Of a stretch of DNA of 64,000 nt, positions 13,097 through 26,100 are shown in pieces. Every line of letters starts with the position of its first letter. Position 1 is the stretch's first letter. Both the position numbers and the translations under genes were made by a program. Below the pieces are notes generated by a model. That model made no database searches and was not told where the DNA came from. It saw only the letters and a list, made by a program, of their open reading frames with translations. The stretch spans positions 48,791,859-48,855,858 of the forward strand of contig NC_057718.1 in assembly GCF_004010195.1 (NCBI RefSeq), written 5' to 3'. The DNA is from Chiloscyllium plagiosum. Its lineage: Eukaryota.

Positions 13097-14120
13097 TCAA
13101 GTCTCTCTTAAGGAAATGAAATAAAATAGGCATTGTCTCGCAGGGAGATGTGGCACACAATGTGTGATATCCCTTTCTCCAATGCCAGGCTTATCGGCCA
13201 GTTCTGCAGGAAATAAGCTTCCTAAGGCCAAATATATGACCACGGTAGATGCTTTCCCTTTATCCCTGAGTCCACAGTGGGCACAAGGAACCCTACAAAG
13301 CAGCACTTTCACAAGCAACACATCGCAGTGAGCTCTGGCTAGGAGCTACAAACAAAATACCATTTTGCACTACAGCTACCCAATTCCTTCGCAGCAATTA
13401 TTTATGCACAAAACTGCTTCCTGCCCTTTAGCAAGCTATTATCCTTATCCCTCCTGCTTCAGCTTTCTCAAGTAACTTGACACACAGTTGAATGCCAGAC
13501 TTCTCTTCATAACTCAATATTGTTGCAGCAGTAATTGATACACAATGGAATGGACCATAAGGAACATCCCAAGCATCAAACACTTCCTGCAATACAACTT
13601 CTGGGGAGGAAATAATTTATTGTTGTAGTTGATGGCGAATTGAGAGGTGTACTGTTGGTAACTTGTTAATGATTGGTCACTTACCCAGTTACCTTGACTT
13701 TTTTTGCCATTATCAAATGAATCCATAATCACAAAAAGCACAGGACTTTTAAGTACTAAGGTGCTTTGTAGAAGTCATACCTCTAACAAGCTATTAATAC
13801 GTAATTTTAAATGTTAATGTTTAGCAATGGTGCTAATGTAGACAAAGAGCATTATGTGAACTAGCTGTAAGAACAATATATGTATTATATGCCCCGTGCA
13901 ACTATCACTACGTGAGGAGCTTTGGGAGTTTTTCTAAACCAACTGGGTAGTCCTGTGGAAAAATGTTACTCCAATCATCAAAACATTTTCCTCAAGGCAG
14001 TCTTTAGCTGAGTTATTGAAGGCTGTATAACAACAATCCAACACAATGATGAAGTCAGAAGGAGGTTATTGCTCTGTAGAGTGTATCTACATGAGAGGTG
14101 ACATGTATAAGAAATGGAAC

Positions 14121-14805
14121 CATACAAACATAGAAGTTGGGAACATAAATAGGCCATTCAGCCTCTCAAGCTTGCTCCACCATTCAATAAGATCATGGCT
14201 GACCGGATTATTCAACACTTCCAGCCACATCCAATAACCTTTCTTCCATTTGCTTATCAAGAATCTATGGACCTCTACCTTAAAAGACCAAGATGGCAGC
14301 TGAGTAGCAGTGCAGTGTGAGGGCTCCTGCCTGGAGCTCGTTTGCTCCATTCGCTTTTACCTTTTTCCCTTCTTTCACTATTTCCTTGTCTTACTTTAAT
14401 CTTTTCAGTACCAAGTCATTTGTACCAATGTATACCATGATGTCTGGCTGTTCACCCTCCACCAGAAGAATGTCTGGCATCTGCTCTGTGACATCCTTAA
14501 TTCTGGCACCAGGGAGGCAACGTACCATCCCGGAGTCACATTTACAGCCATAGAAATGCTTATCTATTTCTGAACCAGTGCATACCCTATCATTATTGCG
14601 CTCTCTTTCTTCTTCCTCCCCTCTTTACACATTATCCATCTAACTCTAAGTCTTGGGGATCTGTCACAGTGAATCCAGCTGCTGCTCAAGTTCCAATACC
14701 CAGAGCTCAAACTTCTGCAGCTGGTAGCACTTCTTGAGCATGAATGCCAGTCAGGTCCATGAATTCCCATATATTATAGACCATACATTCCACTCAACTG
14801 CCATG
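14121..14805 (-). mobile_element. CR1 remnants: 3' tail (14121-14285) and ORF1 esterase/zinc-finger pieces (14405-14805)
   Basis: The minus strand reads DSGMVRCLPGARIKDVTEQM..GEQPDIMVYIGTND, resembling the CR1 ORF1 SGNH-esterase motif. Confidence 0.75.
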
Positions 14806-15605
14806 TCTTAACTTTATTTTCCCTATGTTAACTTTACTCTGCTTTGAACTATTTATATTGCTTCATTATATTGGGCCTGGAATTTCCTTATTATTGGTGT
14901 TCTCAGTTAAATTCAAGTATTGCCACTTCTTTAAAATTAATACACTTTTCCAATTTACAGCAATTTAAAGTCAGTTGTTATTAATAGCTTCTTACCAATC
15001 AATGAAGCTACAGAAAAATGTAAAAGGAAAAGGCACTCTCTTCTTCCTCCCCACCTTCATCAAAATTCCCACATAGCCCACTCTGCGTTTTGTAATAACC
15101 TGTACTTAAAATTTCTCCTTAACTGTCTGCATCCAATTCCCAGATATTTTCATTTGGCTTCCATCTTACTCAGGTGATGTCTACCTCACGCTGACTGCAT
15201 ATCCTTACTTTAACCTGCATTGCCGATTTCCTTTGTGAGCTTGACGTGTTCCTTTTTTTTATTTATAGTCTTCTCAGCCTGATTTCCATGCCATTCTTTG
15301 AATGATTTTCTTCTTGCCCAACAGAAATTTGCAGCTTTATTCACAAAGTTCCGATACTTTTTCCTCCTCGTCAAATCTCTAGCCAGGTATGTGCTCCTAA
15401 AGCTCTTCACATTCTGATGCTATGTGTAACTGTCAGGTGGAACTATTCTTTAATATGTTGCTTATTCTGCCTTTCCTTTTCAGGTCTGAAATAAAGACAT
15501 TAGACTGGCGTACTGTTTCTCTCTTGTTGACCTTTCCCTAAGCTCATGCTGACTACTTGTTTGTTTAAATAATTGCTGACTGCCTCTAAGAGTAGGTCTT
15601 CAAGT

Positions 15606-15885
15606 GGGGCAGCATGGTGGCTCAATAGTTAGCACTGCTACCTCACAGTACCAGGGACTCTGGTTTGATTCCAGCCTTGGGTGACTGTCTGTGTGGTGTT
15701 TGCACATTCTCCCCATGTCAGTGTGGGTTTCCTCCCACAGTCCAAAGATGTGAATTGGCCATGCTAAATTGCCATAGTGTTAGGTGCATTAGTCAGAAGG
15801 AAATGAGTCTGAGTGGGTTACTCCTCAGAGGATTGGTAGAGGACTAGTTGGGCCGAAGGGCCTGTATCCACACTAGGTAATCTAA
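15606..15885 (+). mobile_element. HE1-like V-SINE
   Basis: ggggcagcatggtggctcaatagttagcactgct...gggcctgtatccacact. Confidence 0.9.
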
Positions 15886-16350
15886 GCAAAGTTTATCTTC
15901 TGAAAATTACTTCTGCTGGGTCCAATAGAGTTTTTATTGTTATACCTAGGGGTATCAGCAACAATGTTCAGTTTTGATCACCACGTGGTATTTGTGGATG
16001 GAAGAGTATTGTCAACAATCCTTTTTACCTTGAGTGGCTCTAAGAGCTGAAATGTTGTTCAATGATAGAGGATCAACCACTACTCAGTCTTAACAAGAAG
16101 AAGCTCTTGACTTATCAAGATGTAGGTCAGTGCATTTTAACCATTGAGTTTAAGTAACATTAGTTTGTTCGATGTTATTACTAATACTATGAGGAGACCC
16201 ATGGATACAGGTCTGTATTTCATGAGGTCCTATGATATTCTACCTTTCCCCACCTAAATCTGTTTTTGATAACCTGAGTGGGTGGAGCTTAATGCAGGCT
16301 TCCAAATATTAACCGTTTCTGAATCATTACCAATGCAACAGAAACAATGT

Positions 16351-17578
16351 CATAGAGTCATCGAGATGTACTGCATGGAAACAAACCCTTCGGTCCAACC
16401 TGTCCATGTCGATCAGATATCCCAAACCAATCTAGTTCCACCTGCCAGCACCCAGCCCATATCCCTCCAAACTCTTCCTATTCATATACCCATCCAAATG
16501 CCTCTTAAATGTTGCAATTGTACCAGCCTCCACCACATCCTCTGGCAGCTCATTCCATACACGTACCACCCTCTGCANNNNNNNNNNNNNNNNNNNNNNN
16601 NNNNNNNNNNNNNNNNNNNNNNNNNNNNNNNNNNNNNNNNNNNNNNNNNNNNNNNNNNNNNNNNNNNNNNNNNNNNNNNNNNNNNNNNNNNNNNNNNNNN
16701 NNNNNNNNNNNNNNNNNNNNNNNNNNNNNNNNNNNNNNNNNNNNNNNNNNNNNNNNNNNNNNNNNNNNNNNNNNNNNNNNNNNNNNNNNNNNNNNNNNNN
16801 NNNNNNNNNNNNNNNNNNNNNNNNNNNNNNNNNNNNNNNNNNNNNNNNNNNNNNNNNNNNNNNNNNNNNNNNNNNNNNNNNNNNNNNNNNNNNNNNNNNN
16901 NNNNNNNNNNNNNNNNNNNNNNNNNNNNNNNNNNNNNNNNNNNNNNNNNNNNNNNNNNNNNNNNNNNNNNNNNNNNNNNNNNNNNNNNNNNNNNNNNNNN
17001 NNNNNNNNNNNNNNNNNNNNNNNNNNNNNNNNNNNNNNNNNNNNNNNNNNNNNNNNNNNNNNNNNNNNNNNNNNNNNNNNNNNNNNNNNNNNNNNNNNNN
17101 NNNNNNNNNNNNNNNNNNNNNNNNNNNNNNNNNNNNNNNNNNNNNNNNNNNNNNNNNNNNNNNNNNNNNNNNNNNNNNNNNNNNNNNNNNNNNNNNNNNN
17201 NNNNNNNNNNNNNNNNNNNNNNNNNNNNNNNNNNNNNNNNNNNNNNNNNNNNNNNNNNNNNNNNNNNNNNNNNNNNNNNNNNNNNNNNNNNNNNNNNNNN
17301 NNNNNNNNNNNNNNNNNNNNNNNNNNNNNNNNNNNNNNNNNNNNNNNNNNNNNNNNNNNNNNNNNNNNNNNNNNNAATCAGTCCTTGCCTTTCCAAATAC
17401 ATGTACACCCTGTCCCTCAGGATTCCGTCCAACAACTTGCCCACCACCGAGGTCAGGCTCACCAGTCTATAGTTCCCTGGCTTGTCCTTACCACCCTTCT
17501 TAAACAGTGGCACCACGTTTGCCAACCTCCAGTCTTCCAGCACCTCACCTGTGATTATCTATGATACAAATATCTCAA
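16351..17578 (-). mobile_element. HER1/CR1 LINE spanning an N gap
   Basis: EDWRLANVVPLFKKGGKDKPGNYRLVSLTSVVGKLL (RT N-terminus); 3' tail catagagtcat at 16351. Confidence 0.92.
16578..17375. other. Assembly gap (798 N)
   Basis: Run of N. Confidence 1.
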
Positions 17579-17808
17579 CCACTATTCAGCATCAGACGAG
17601 CTGTTGCAGGAGCAATGTTATTGGTAGATGTCTGTCTAGGATATTATCTAATAATTTAGAAAGACAAGGCAGGAGAAGGAGCACTGCCTGGTAGATGCCA
17701 TTTCAGAGATGGGTCAAATAGAACACAGAACGGATATCTTGGAGAAAATAGTTGTTAACATACAGATTTTTTCAAACTTTAATAAAATGATAAGTTGAAC
17801 AAATAAAT

Positions 17809-17983
17809 ATATTATCATATTTAATAGAACCTAAGCAGATAATGCCGTAAATTGCCAAACCATAAAAGGAGGCACAAACATTTCTGAAGACAATCTATAA
17901 GATTTTGACGATAATTTTAAGCCGAGAATAAATAGCATTCTTGGAAGAACAAGAATTAATGGAAGATTTCAGCATCCCGGGGC
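17809..17983 (+). repeat. 175-bp direct repeat, copy 1 (copy 2 at 18719-18893)
   Basis: atattatcatatttaatagaacc...cagcatcccggggc repeated 910 bp downstream; about 8 mismatches. Confidence 0.95.
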
Positions 17984-18644
17984 TACTTAAATAATTTAAT
18001 TAATAATAAAATTATAGGTCATCTCCAGAGTTTGTGCATAGATAGGACACAGATTAATAGCAGCAAAATCTGAAATGCCTGTTCATACAAGGATATTAAT
18101 ATAATAGACCACCAGCATTAGAAAAGATATCCAATACCAATAGCAATTGAAGTTCCAACTGACTGGAGATTGAGAGAACCTCCTTATGTCAATATCTCAT
18201 TAATTTTAAGCTGGATCTAGGAATGAGTGCCACTGTTCAATCAGATTAATTGCTATAGCTGAAAAAAAAAACAAAGTCACCATCGTAGAGATGAAAATAT
18301 ATGGCACATGTGGTATAAATCTCAAAAGTATACCACAAATCACTCACAGCACACATTGCAAAGGGGGATTTAGTGTACATATATGCTTCATAATCATTTT
18401 TGAGCCTGCACATGTCTTGAGCTCATCATCTTTAATTTAGCAGAAGTTGTTCAATTATTTGCAAGAACAGGTCAAGAGAAGCCAAGTTATGCCTAGTTGA
18501 TTCAAAGAAAATCCAGTCAGAGGACAAATGGTCCAGGAGCAAACTGTTGTTGCCTAACTAGTCGAAGGGATTTAGTAGAAGAACTCATTGATATTCCTAG
18601 GCTCAGAATACAACCCAAAAATTTATTGGCATTGCCTATGTTGA

Positions 18645-19672
18645 GGGGGTGGGTTAGCTCAGTTGATTAGCAGTCGAAAAGCGTGCTGTTGGAAAAGCAC
18701 AGCTGGTCAGGCAGGAGAATATTATCATATTTAATAGAACCTAAGCAGATAATGCCATGAATTGCCAAACCATAAAAGGAGGCACAAAAATTTTTGAAGA
18801 CAATCTATAAGCTTTTGACGATAATTTTAATCTGAGAATAAATAGCATCCTTGGAAGAACAAGAATTAATGGAAGATTTCAGCATCCCGGGGCAGGAGCA
18901 GGAGAATCAACGTTTTGGGCATGTCCTTCATCAGGAATGAGGCTAGTGGCCAAGGGGGCTGAGAGATAAATGGGACGAGTTGGGGCTGGGGGGAAAGAGC
19001 TGGGAAAGTGATAGGTAGGTGAAGGTGGAAGTGAAAATGATAGGTTGGAGAGGAGAATAGATCAGATAGGTGGGAAGGAAGATGGACAAGCAGAACCATT
19101 CAAGAGGGCGGTGCCAAGTTGGAAGGTTGTGACTAGGATATGGGAGGGGAAATGGGGAAACTGGTGAAATCCACATTGTTCCCGTGTGGTTGGAGGGATA
19201 CTCCTCTCCAACCTATCACTTTCACAACCCCCCCACCTTCATCTATCTATCACCTTCCCAGCTACCTTCCCCCCAGCCCCAATTCCTCCCCTTTCTCTCT
19301 AAGATCCCCGGCCCACAAGCCTCATCTCTGATGAAGGGCTTATGCCCAAAACATCGATTCACCTGCTCCACGGATGCTGCCTGACCTGCTGTGCTTTTCC
19401 AGCACCGCACTCTCAACTCTGATCTCCAGCAGCTGCAGTCCTCAGTTAGTTGGCAGCTAGTTTGCACTACAGTGTGAGACCAGTAATTTTTTTTTTGTGG
19501 GTCAATTGTGTGTTCAATTCCCATACTAGCTGAGGTTATCCTGAAGAGCTCTCTTTCTTAACCTTTTCCCTTGCCTGTGATGTATTGAGCCTCAGGTTAA
19601 ACCACCATAAGTTATCTCTTTCTAATGAAAGTGCAGTCTCTTGGTAAGTAGAACTAAGGCAGCTTTACTTTT
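18645..19672 (+). mobile_element. tRNA-derived SINE split by a Penelope insertion
   Basis: Head gggtgggttagctcagttg at 18647; resumes about 19444 with gttcaattccc..gctgaggtta..ctcaggttaaaccacca..gctttactt. Confidence 0.75.
18674..19440. mobile_element. Penelope-like fold-back insertion with GIY-YIG C-terminal remnant and hammerhead cores
   Basis: Two oppositely oriented copies of the terminal repeat; minus strand LQPHGNNVDFTSF; CTGATGAagggcttatgccc at 19328; degenerate TSD ctcagttgattagcag / ctcagttagttggcag. Confidence 0.8.
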
Positions 19673-20959
19673 TTTTAACCTGTGTCGATGTAGGAAAATT
19701 GTTTCATATGGTCAACAGGAATGAAATCTGTCACTATAATGGAATGGTGGAAATGTTTTCTATTCTCATCATCGCTGAGCACCCTTCAGATGACAGAAAT
19801 CTGAGGCGTTTGTGAGTAGAAGCAAATATTGACAACACGAATGAGCAGTACAATGCACTCAATGTCATTGAGGAGACATTAGCTAACATTATTTGGACAA
19901 CAACACTGTCTACAGAACAGTTGTTCTTCAGATTTGAATTTGGTGCCAGATGATGAGACAACAAACTCAACAGGAACAATTTTCAATTCTTCATCGTTGA
20001 AAGCAGAAGCAGCAATGGCAGAGATAATATTGAGTAAGCAGGCATCCTCCAGTGTAATAACTGAAGATGGGAAAATGTCTGGTACATCTGGACAGCAACC
20101 ACAGAGGGGCAATGAAGTCATACAAACTAATCGACAAATAATTAATTTACATATTTCTACACACACCTATTAGAAAATTTTGAACAAAGATTTGTTTGCA
20201 TAAAATGAAGGTTAACTATAAATGAAGGTTAACTATAAATGACTGTATGGAATCTAGACCATCATCGACAGATTCACAATGCAATCAAAAAGGAGAAAAT
20301 GCCTGGGCCAGAAATCCAGGATATTGCAAAGAAGAAAGTATTTGTTTGCAGCTGTCTTCTATGTTGGAAATTCATGAGATTAAAGGATCCTCAGATGTTG
20401 TTATGAAGAAACTTTGGCAGGGAGGAATTCCTCTGTGAAATATCCTCCAAAGGAGAGATAGTTCATAAACCAAGCAAGACCAAGATCAGAATCATGCTCA
20501 AAGGTCTTCAAGCTAAGGACCACATCTAAGTCTGAAATGAATGTGCTCTTGAGAAACAATAAAATCTCCAGACTCCAAGAAATTGTGAAGTCAGAAATTT
20601 AGCAGAGACGGGGCCGTAGTAACTAACCGTTACATGAATATACAAATGTTAATGTATGTGAAAAGTCTCAATAACAATGTCTATTAGCTAATGTAACTTG
20701 TATCTAATCACTAACATGCAATGAACCATATATTGTTAGGACAAGAGCTTCTTCTTGTTAAGACTCAATTGTGGACTCTAAACCAATTAGACATTTAGAA
20801 CCAGTCAAAGGAAAAAGGGCCGATGGCAGCATTCTTCTGGCAATGGATTTCTCTACACATGATAATTCCAATGCTTTCCTGATGATCCTGCCATTTTCCA
20901 CCCTTTGTAAATGAAACCCTACTGACTGTTTGTTAACTTGTACCAAATCACGTTCACTC

Positions 20960-21560
20960 ATCATATCAGGTCTTCACTGGCCTAATCGGCTCTCTCACCT
21001 CAAATCTGTTCATGGCCTCGCCATTTTCTACATCTGTGAGCCCCTGCTACTATAAACCTCCAAGAAATCCGTTCTCCTTTAAGTTTGACTCACCGCCCAT
21101 TCCTGATTTTCTTGGTGGCCATGCTTTTAGCCACATACTTTCAGCTACAATTAACCTCTACTCCATCCCCAACATCTCCACCTCTCTAGCTCTTTTCTCC
21201 TTTACAATGTTTCATAAAATCTCCCAATGACAAATGTTTTGCATTAATCCTAATATGCCTTTCTGTCAAATTATAAAATAAATACTTGCACTTGGACAGC
21301 TTTATACCTTTTAGGACATTCTGAAGTGTTTCAAACCAATGAAGTATTTGTGAGGCATTTTCGGTACTGTCTTTGTAAGAAACGTATGAAGTAATTTTCA
21401 CATAGTAAGATCCCACAAAGCTGCAATATGATCGTTAATGATGTTGATAATGTTCATAAAGGCATACATATTTATTAAGACACCAGAGATTACAAATTTC
21501 ATCAAAATAGTGTCATAGGACCTTATGCACCTTGAGAGGATATTTGATAACATTTCTCTG
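20960..21560. mobile_element. L2 3' fragment (+) abutting a DeuSINE-like fragment (-)
   Basis: ctcaaatctgttcatggcctcgcc (L2-like); agatcccacaaagc...gacaccagag...caaaatagtgtcatagga (Deu-domain-like). Confidence 0.5.
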
Positions 21561-22624
21561 AAAAGGTTTGGGAATTTATTACATTAAAGTAACTATAATT
21601 CAGTTGCTGTTGTTACAAGTGTAAATTGACAAGTTATTTAATAAAAATATTATGTTAATTTTTTCCTGTTGAAAATATTATGAAAGCACTAGAGGGAGCT
21701 GACAGAGCTGTAGTGCTGTGCAAAGTTAGGTGGAAAACTTCTGTCACTTCTTTGCTGTGGATACCCTGCCAAGTATGTGGGAGGAGGCTGTGGGCCAATT
21801 TAGCTTGCAGTCAGAAAGGAGGGAATTCATGTTCAATGCCAGCAGATAACCATTATTCACCTAGCTGGAGTGTAGCATCGAGTGATACAAGGGCTTGACT
21901 GGTACATTTGATTAAATAGATATTTACGGTAATGTAAACTCTTTACAGTCTGACCACATCTCATAATGTTAAGTGATTGACAGTATTAAACATATATAGT
22001 TGGCAAGGATGATATATAGTTGGCATTTTCAAATGGATAACTTCTGTAAATATTCTGCATAGTGGTGGAGGCTGTGTGCCCTTTAGTATGATAGCTTTCC
22101 ATAAAACTCCCTATTGTGATGAGGTGTTCACATCAGTGCTAAGTAGCACAAGGTAATGACGGTGAGTATTCCAGTGCACACAAACATAGAAATTAGGAGG
22201 AGAAGAAAGCTATTCAGTTTCTCAAGCCTGATCTATCATTGGGATCCAAGAGCAGAGAATTGCAGGAAACCCAGAAGCAATTCTGGACATTTCTAGCTTT
22301 AAAGACTTTGCAACTTTATGAAATACTCAAATAGCAGTCAGCATCTATTGCTGCTAAATATATGAACAGTTTGCAAACAAATGCATGGAAATATAAACAA
22401 GGGCGAAGCAGTACTTAATGGTAAATTTGCTTAAAACACAGAAAAGTGCTGATGCAAGTTTCTGTTCGAATCTAGTCACACCTGACTAGGAAAGAAGAAT
22501 TTATAGGAACAGTCTCAATTAGGTATTCAGCTCGAAAGGGAATAGGCATTGGAATTCCTACAATAAAGTGAAAAATCCCTCTTGGTGAAGGAGACAACTT
22601 GGAGTTAATTGCAAAGAATAGACT

Positions 22625-22679
22625 GAATTGAATTGAATTGAATTTATTGTCATGTGTACCGAAGCACAGTGAAAAGCTT
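22625..22679 (-). mobile_element. Tiny LINE 3' end with (AATTG)n tail (Rex/Babar-like)
   Basis: Reverse complement aagcttttcactgtgcttcggtacacatgacaataaa(ttcaa)n. Confidence 0.55.
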
Positions 22680-23589
22680 CAAATGGACTAAGAAGATTAG
22701 AAGTTAAAAACAGGAGTACAGTACTTAAAACTCATAAAAGTTGTCAACAGAAAAAAAATAAACATCACATTGTATGATTATAGTTAAAAAGTCAAGTGCA
22801 TAAAAGTAATTTAAACTGAGGTCACATAACTAAGAACATCACAAATCAGAATTAAAGTAACAAATGGGCAACTTAAAAGCATTAAAAAGTAGACTCCAGA
22901 GGGGTAAACAAATAAAACTCAGGATTAGACCTATTAGTGTCAAATTAAGATACCCAATTTCTAGATATTCTAACTTTAACACAAAATCACTCATTGAACA
23001 AGTAAGTACACTATCATATTCATTAGAATCTATGACTAATAATGTTATAACTTATCAAGGTATAAAAGAATGCACAGAAATTTTGATAAAGTTGGATGAG
23101 GTTTTGACAATGTTTAAAATCAGAGAACAAATGCTATTCTTGAAAGAGCAAGGTTTGACATTTAAGAATTCAGCATCCAGGGAATCCATGATCTCATTAG
23201 TGATCTCTGTAGATTAGTGGAAATCTATGACTATGAAGCTTTAATATCTGAATTCATATGAGACGAATTGTTGTTAGAATTTCTGCTGAGTCATTTATGT
23301 AAAAAGGATAGTTGTGCATTATAATGGGGAGAACTCAGGGCATTGACATTAACTGAAATGTTAACTCAGATTGCCAGTGAGACATGATGGGCTGAATAGC
23401 CTCCTTCTGTGCTGTAATAACTTGATTAAATTCTGAATAATATGATTTCATACCCTGACCATTGATAAAAAAGTGTTTTTTTTTAAAATATGCTGAATGA
23501 AGCCCCTAGAACATATTCAAAAAGGAAGGCATGTTCAAATGTGCAGGAAGAACAGATCAACCTTTTGGGTAGGCCACTATAAGTTTTAG

Positions 23590-23614
23590 GATTAGTGGTG
23601 CTGGAAGAGCACAG
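23590..23614. mobile_element. 25-bp Penelope-like micro-insertion with 15-bp TSD
   Basis: gattagtggtgctggaagagcacag flanked by cactataagttttag and cactataggttttag. Confidence 0.75.
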
Positions 23615-25499
23615 CACTATAGGTTTTAGATGTTGCAAAAATGCAGTTGAAAATTTGCCCTAGTCTGAATAATTTCATCCATTATAAATTACTTAACATT
23701 TTTATTCATTCCAAAATAATTTATTTCTTAAGTGCATTAAATAGATTTAAATGACCTAAAATTTGGAGGTTCATTGCCAAGGTTGTTGACATCAAATTAA
23801 TCATGAATTTCCTTCAAATTAAAATTTAGGGAGTTAATGGATTGGAACTCTGTCCTTTCACCTCTTACATCTGGATACTAATCCAGCCCATAGGGAATAC
23901 CACAGAATGCTTCTTTCTCAAATACTGTTAATATTTCTGAATTTAAAAAAGGGTTTGGTATGCTTCATTTCATGTCAATTAATCACTGCTGGCAGTTATT
24001 CAGCAATCCCATTTAAACATACCATAATATGGCCAGTGAGGAAAAGTGTTAAGTTACAATATTGCAGTAGGACAGACCGAAAATAGCCTGGGAAGTCATT
24101 CAGACACATTGCTACAGTATGACTGAAATCAAGAAGTGAGCCAATGTCAGAAGAATTTTCAAAGCTCTTTATCAAGTTGACCCTTTGATCTTTGGCACCA
24201 AGTTGATATGGCTCCATATATTGTGGAAAACTGTGTCACACAATTTAAAGTGTAGACCCAGGTTAATTCAGGAAAGACGCAAATGTGAGAGAAAGATGAT
24301 CATCAGGTTGGAAGAAACTCTTGGAGGTTTTGGATGTAAAGAACTTTATACAGTTCTGTAATTGTAATGCATCAGTTTTATAATTGTACAGTATCACTTG
24401 CAATTTATTTGTTAATGCCATTTCTTCAAATTTGCATTATCATAACACCATTAGTAAGTGAAAATGCTCACTGACCACATACGTTTGAACATTTGTACAC
24501 TCTACTTAATCAATAAGGTTTGATATTTCATATAAGACCTACAAGACCCGAAACAGTCTTTGTCGAGAATCAAATCATTTTCTTTCTTTTCCATATAGGA
24601 GTTTATCCTACATTTCGAACAGCATTATATTTGTTGCCAAGGATGAGAATGTCTGGTATTGACAATGATGTCCTGATGAAAAATATGCTACTTTTCTTAT
24701 GTTAATTAGAAGTGGCTTCTCTCATTTAATTCACCAATGTTAAACATCTCTTAAACCACAGTGGAGCAAATTGAACTTTGAGCTGCAGAAATTGAACTTT
24801 TTTTTCAAGTTGAACTCTTTCCTCCACTAATTAGATGATGTAATTTTCTCTGTCTCCATTCTCTTGTGAGAATAATAACATTTTGATCATTGATGGCTAC
24901 ATCTTTAGCCTAGGCTAATTCCTCATTCTACCCGTTGCTTGTAAGTGGGTGAAAGTGTTGAGCTCCACTGAGCTTCAATGGACAGGAAGTGGATGTTGCT
25001 GGCAAACAGACATGCCCACCAATTGCATTAATATTTATGCTTGCCTGCCTCCTATACAATGTTCACTGGGAGGAAAGGGATGTCCAAAATCCTGGGCTCA
25101 TGTACTGGGAGACAGATCATATTAAAATGTACGAGGGCAGTATTTAAGGAAAAGGGTGATCCAAATGTCAGAATCATATTGAGTGTCGCAGAACAATTTT
25201 TAAAAGGTCCCCAGAAACCTGAACAAGCATTGACAATCAGCATCATCTCTCAAAAACAACATAATAGTACAGCAGCCATTAAGTCAAGCTGCTCATGGCA
25301 CATAACCAATATGGCTAGCACTCTATTGCACATACAACCCCATTCTCTCACCCTAGTCTCTATTTCAATGCCAGGGAACACAGTTTACATGTCCTTAACT
25401 ACATCCCATCAAAACACCATCTCTGGTTCACTGGTACTCAGCACCTGTGCCCAGAGTCTGTCATAGTACAGATGGGGATCGTCACACACAGGCAAGCCA

Positions 25500-26100
25500 T
25501 TTGGTCAATTCTAAACATGAGCTTTAATTCAGTCAGCAAATGTGACCACAACAAAATGAGTAGAGGCTGCAGTTCACTCCCACAATATAAACCAAATGCT
25601 GGCATCATGATCAACAACTAGTTAACAAACTATTTTTCCCTGCTTCAACGATCTCTCTTCTACTAAAACCAGGTGTCACACAGGTCCTGTTTGTAGTCTG
25701 TAGTGCCTGATGTAACCGAGCTCTGTTATGCGCAATGAGAGTTTCTTCCTCCTCAGACAAATGCTCTTGTTCACTAAGTTCCTCAGCACCTATATACTGA
25801 CCCCTATCATCACTTCATGGCCTGCTCCAAATTTGCAGACCACAACACTCCAGGATGATGCTGCACTCTCAGTCCAGACCTTGCCCCCAGACCAGTCCAA
25901 GCAGCGGAACCACATTTTTATTGTCCCTGACATCTGCCTCACCACGGCCCTGGTTTCAGTGTGTACACCTACCGGGTGAAGGTGCCACAATAGTTGATAT
26001 AATATTACAGCAAAAAGGAGTGTCTGCTGTGCTCCAAAGCCCTCTAACCCCAAACCAATAATTTGTTTTAATGTATTCAGTAGAGCTCACCATCATATTT
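25500..26100 (-). pseudogene. PIF/Harbinger transposase remnant
   Basis: HTETRAVVRQMSGTIKMWFRCLDWSGG matches the Harbinger DDE C-terminal motif H..TR..IE..FG.LK.RFRCLD.SGG. Confidence 0.7.

Larger units (their letters stand above)
15969..20859 (+). mobile_element. Highly decayed Ty3/Gypsy LTR retrotransposon (gag and protease remnants; 3' LTR about 20615-20859; inverted LTR copy about 15984-16190), interrupted by CR1, SINE and Penelope insertions
   Basis: gag-like DELL..(17595) and DAISEMGQIE (17694); protease-like FKLDLGMSATV (18205-18237); purine tract before cgtagtaac at 20615; inverted homology between the two ends. Confidence 0.55.

Noticed and set aside
15465..15500. Acceptor tttccttttcag followed by aataaa
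   Set aside because: No supporting gene context
16282..17564. Three 350-400 aa ORFs
   Set aside because: Artefacts of translating through the N gap; the flanks are CR1
20202..20242. 18-bp tandem duplication (similar small ones at about 21992, 40084 and 63157)
   Set aside because: Ordinary slippage-type duplications
24580..24660. Strong polypyrimidine acceptor with an open frame
   Set aside because: Poor donor and unrecognised peptide; such sites occur by chance in AT-rich DNA
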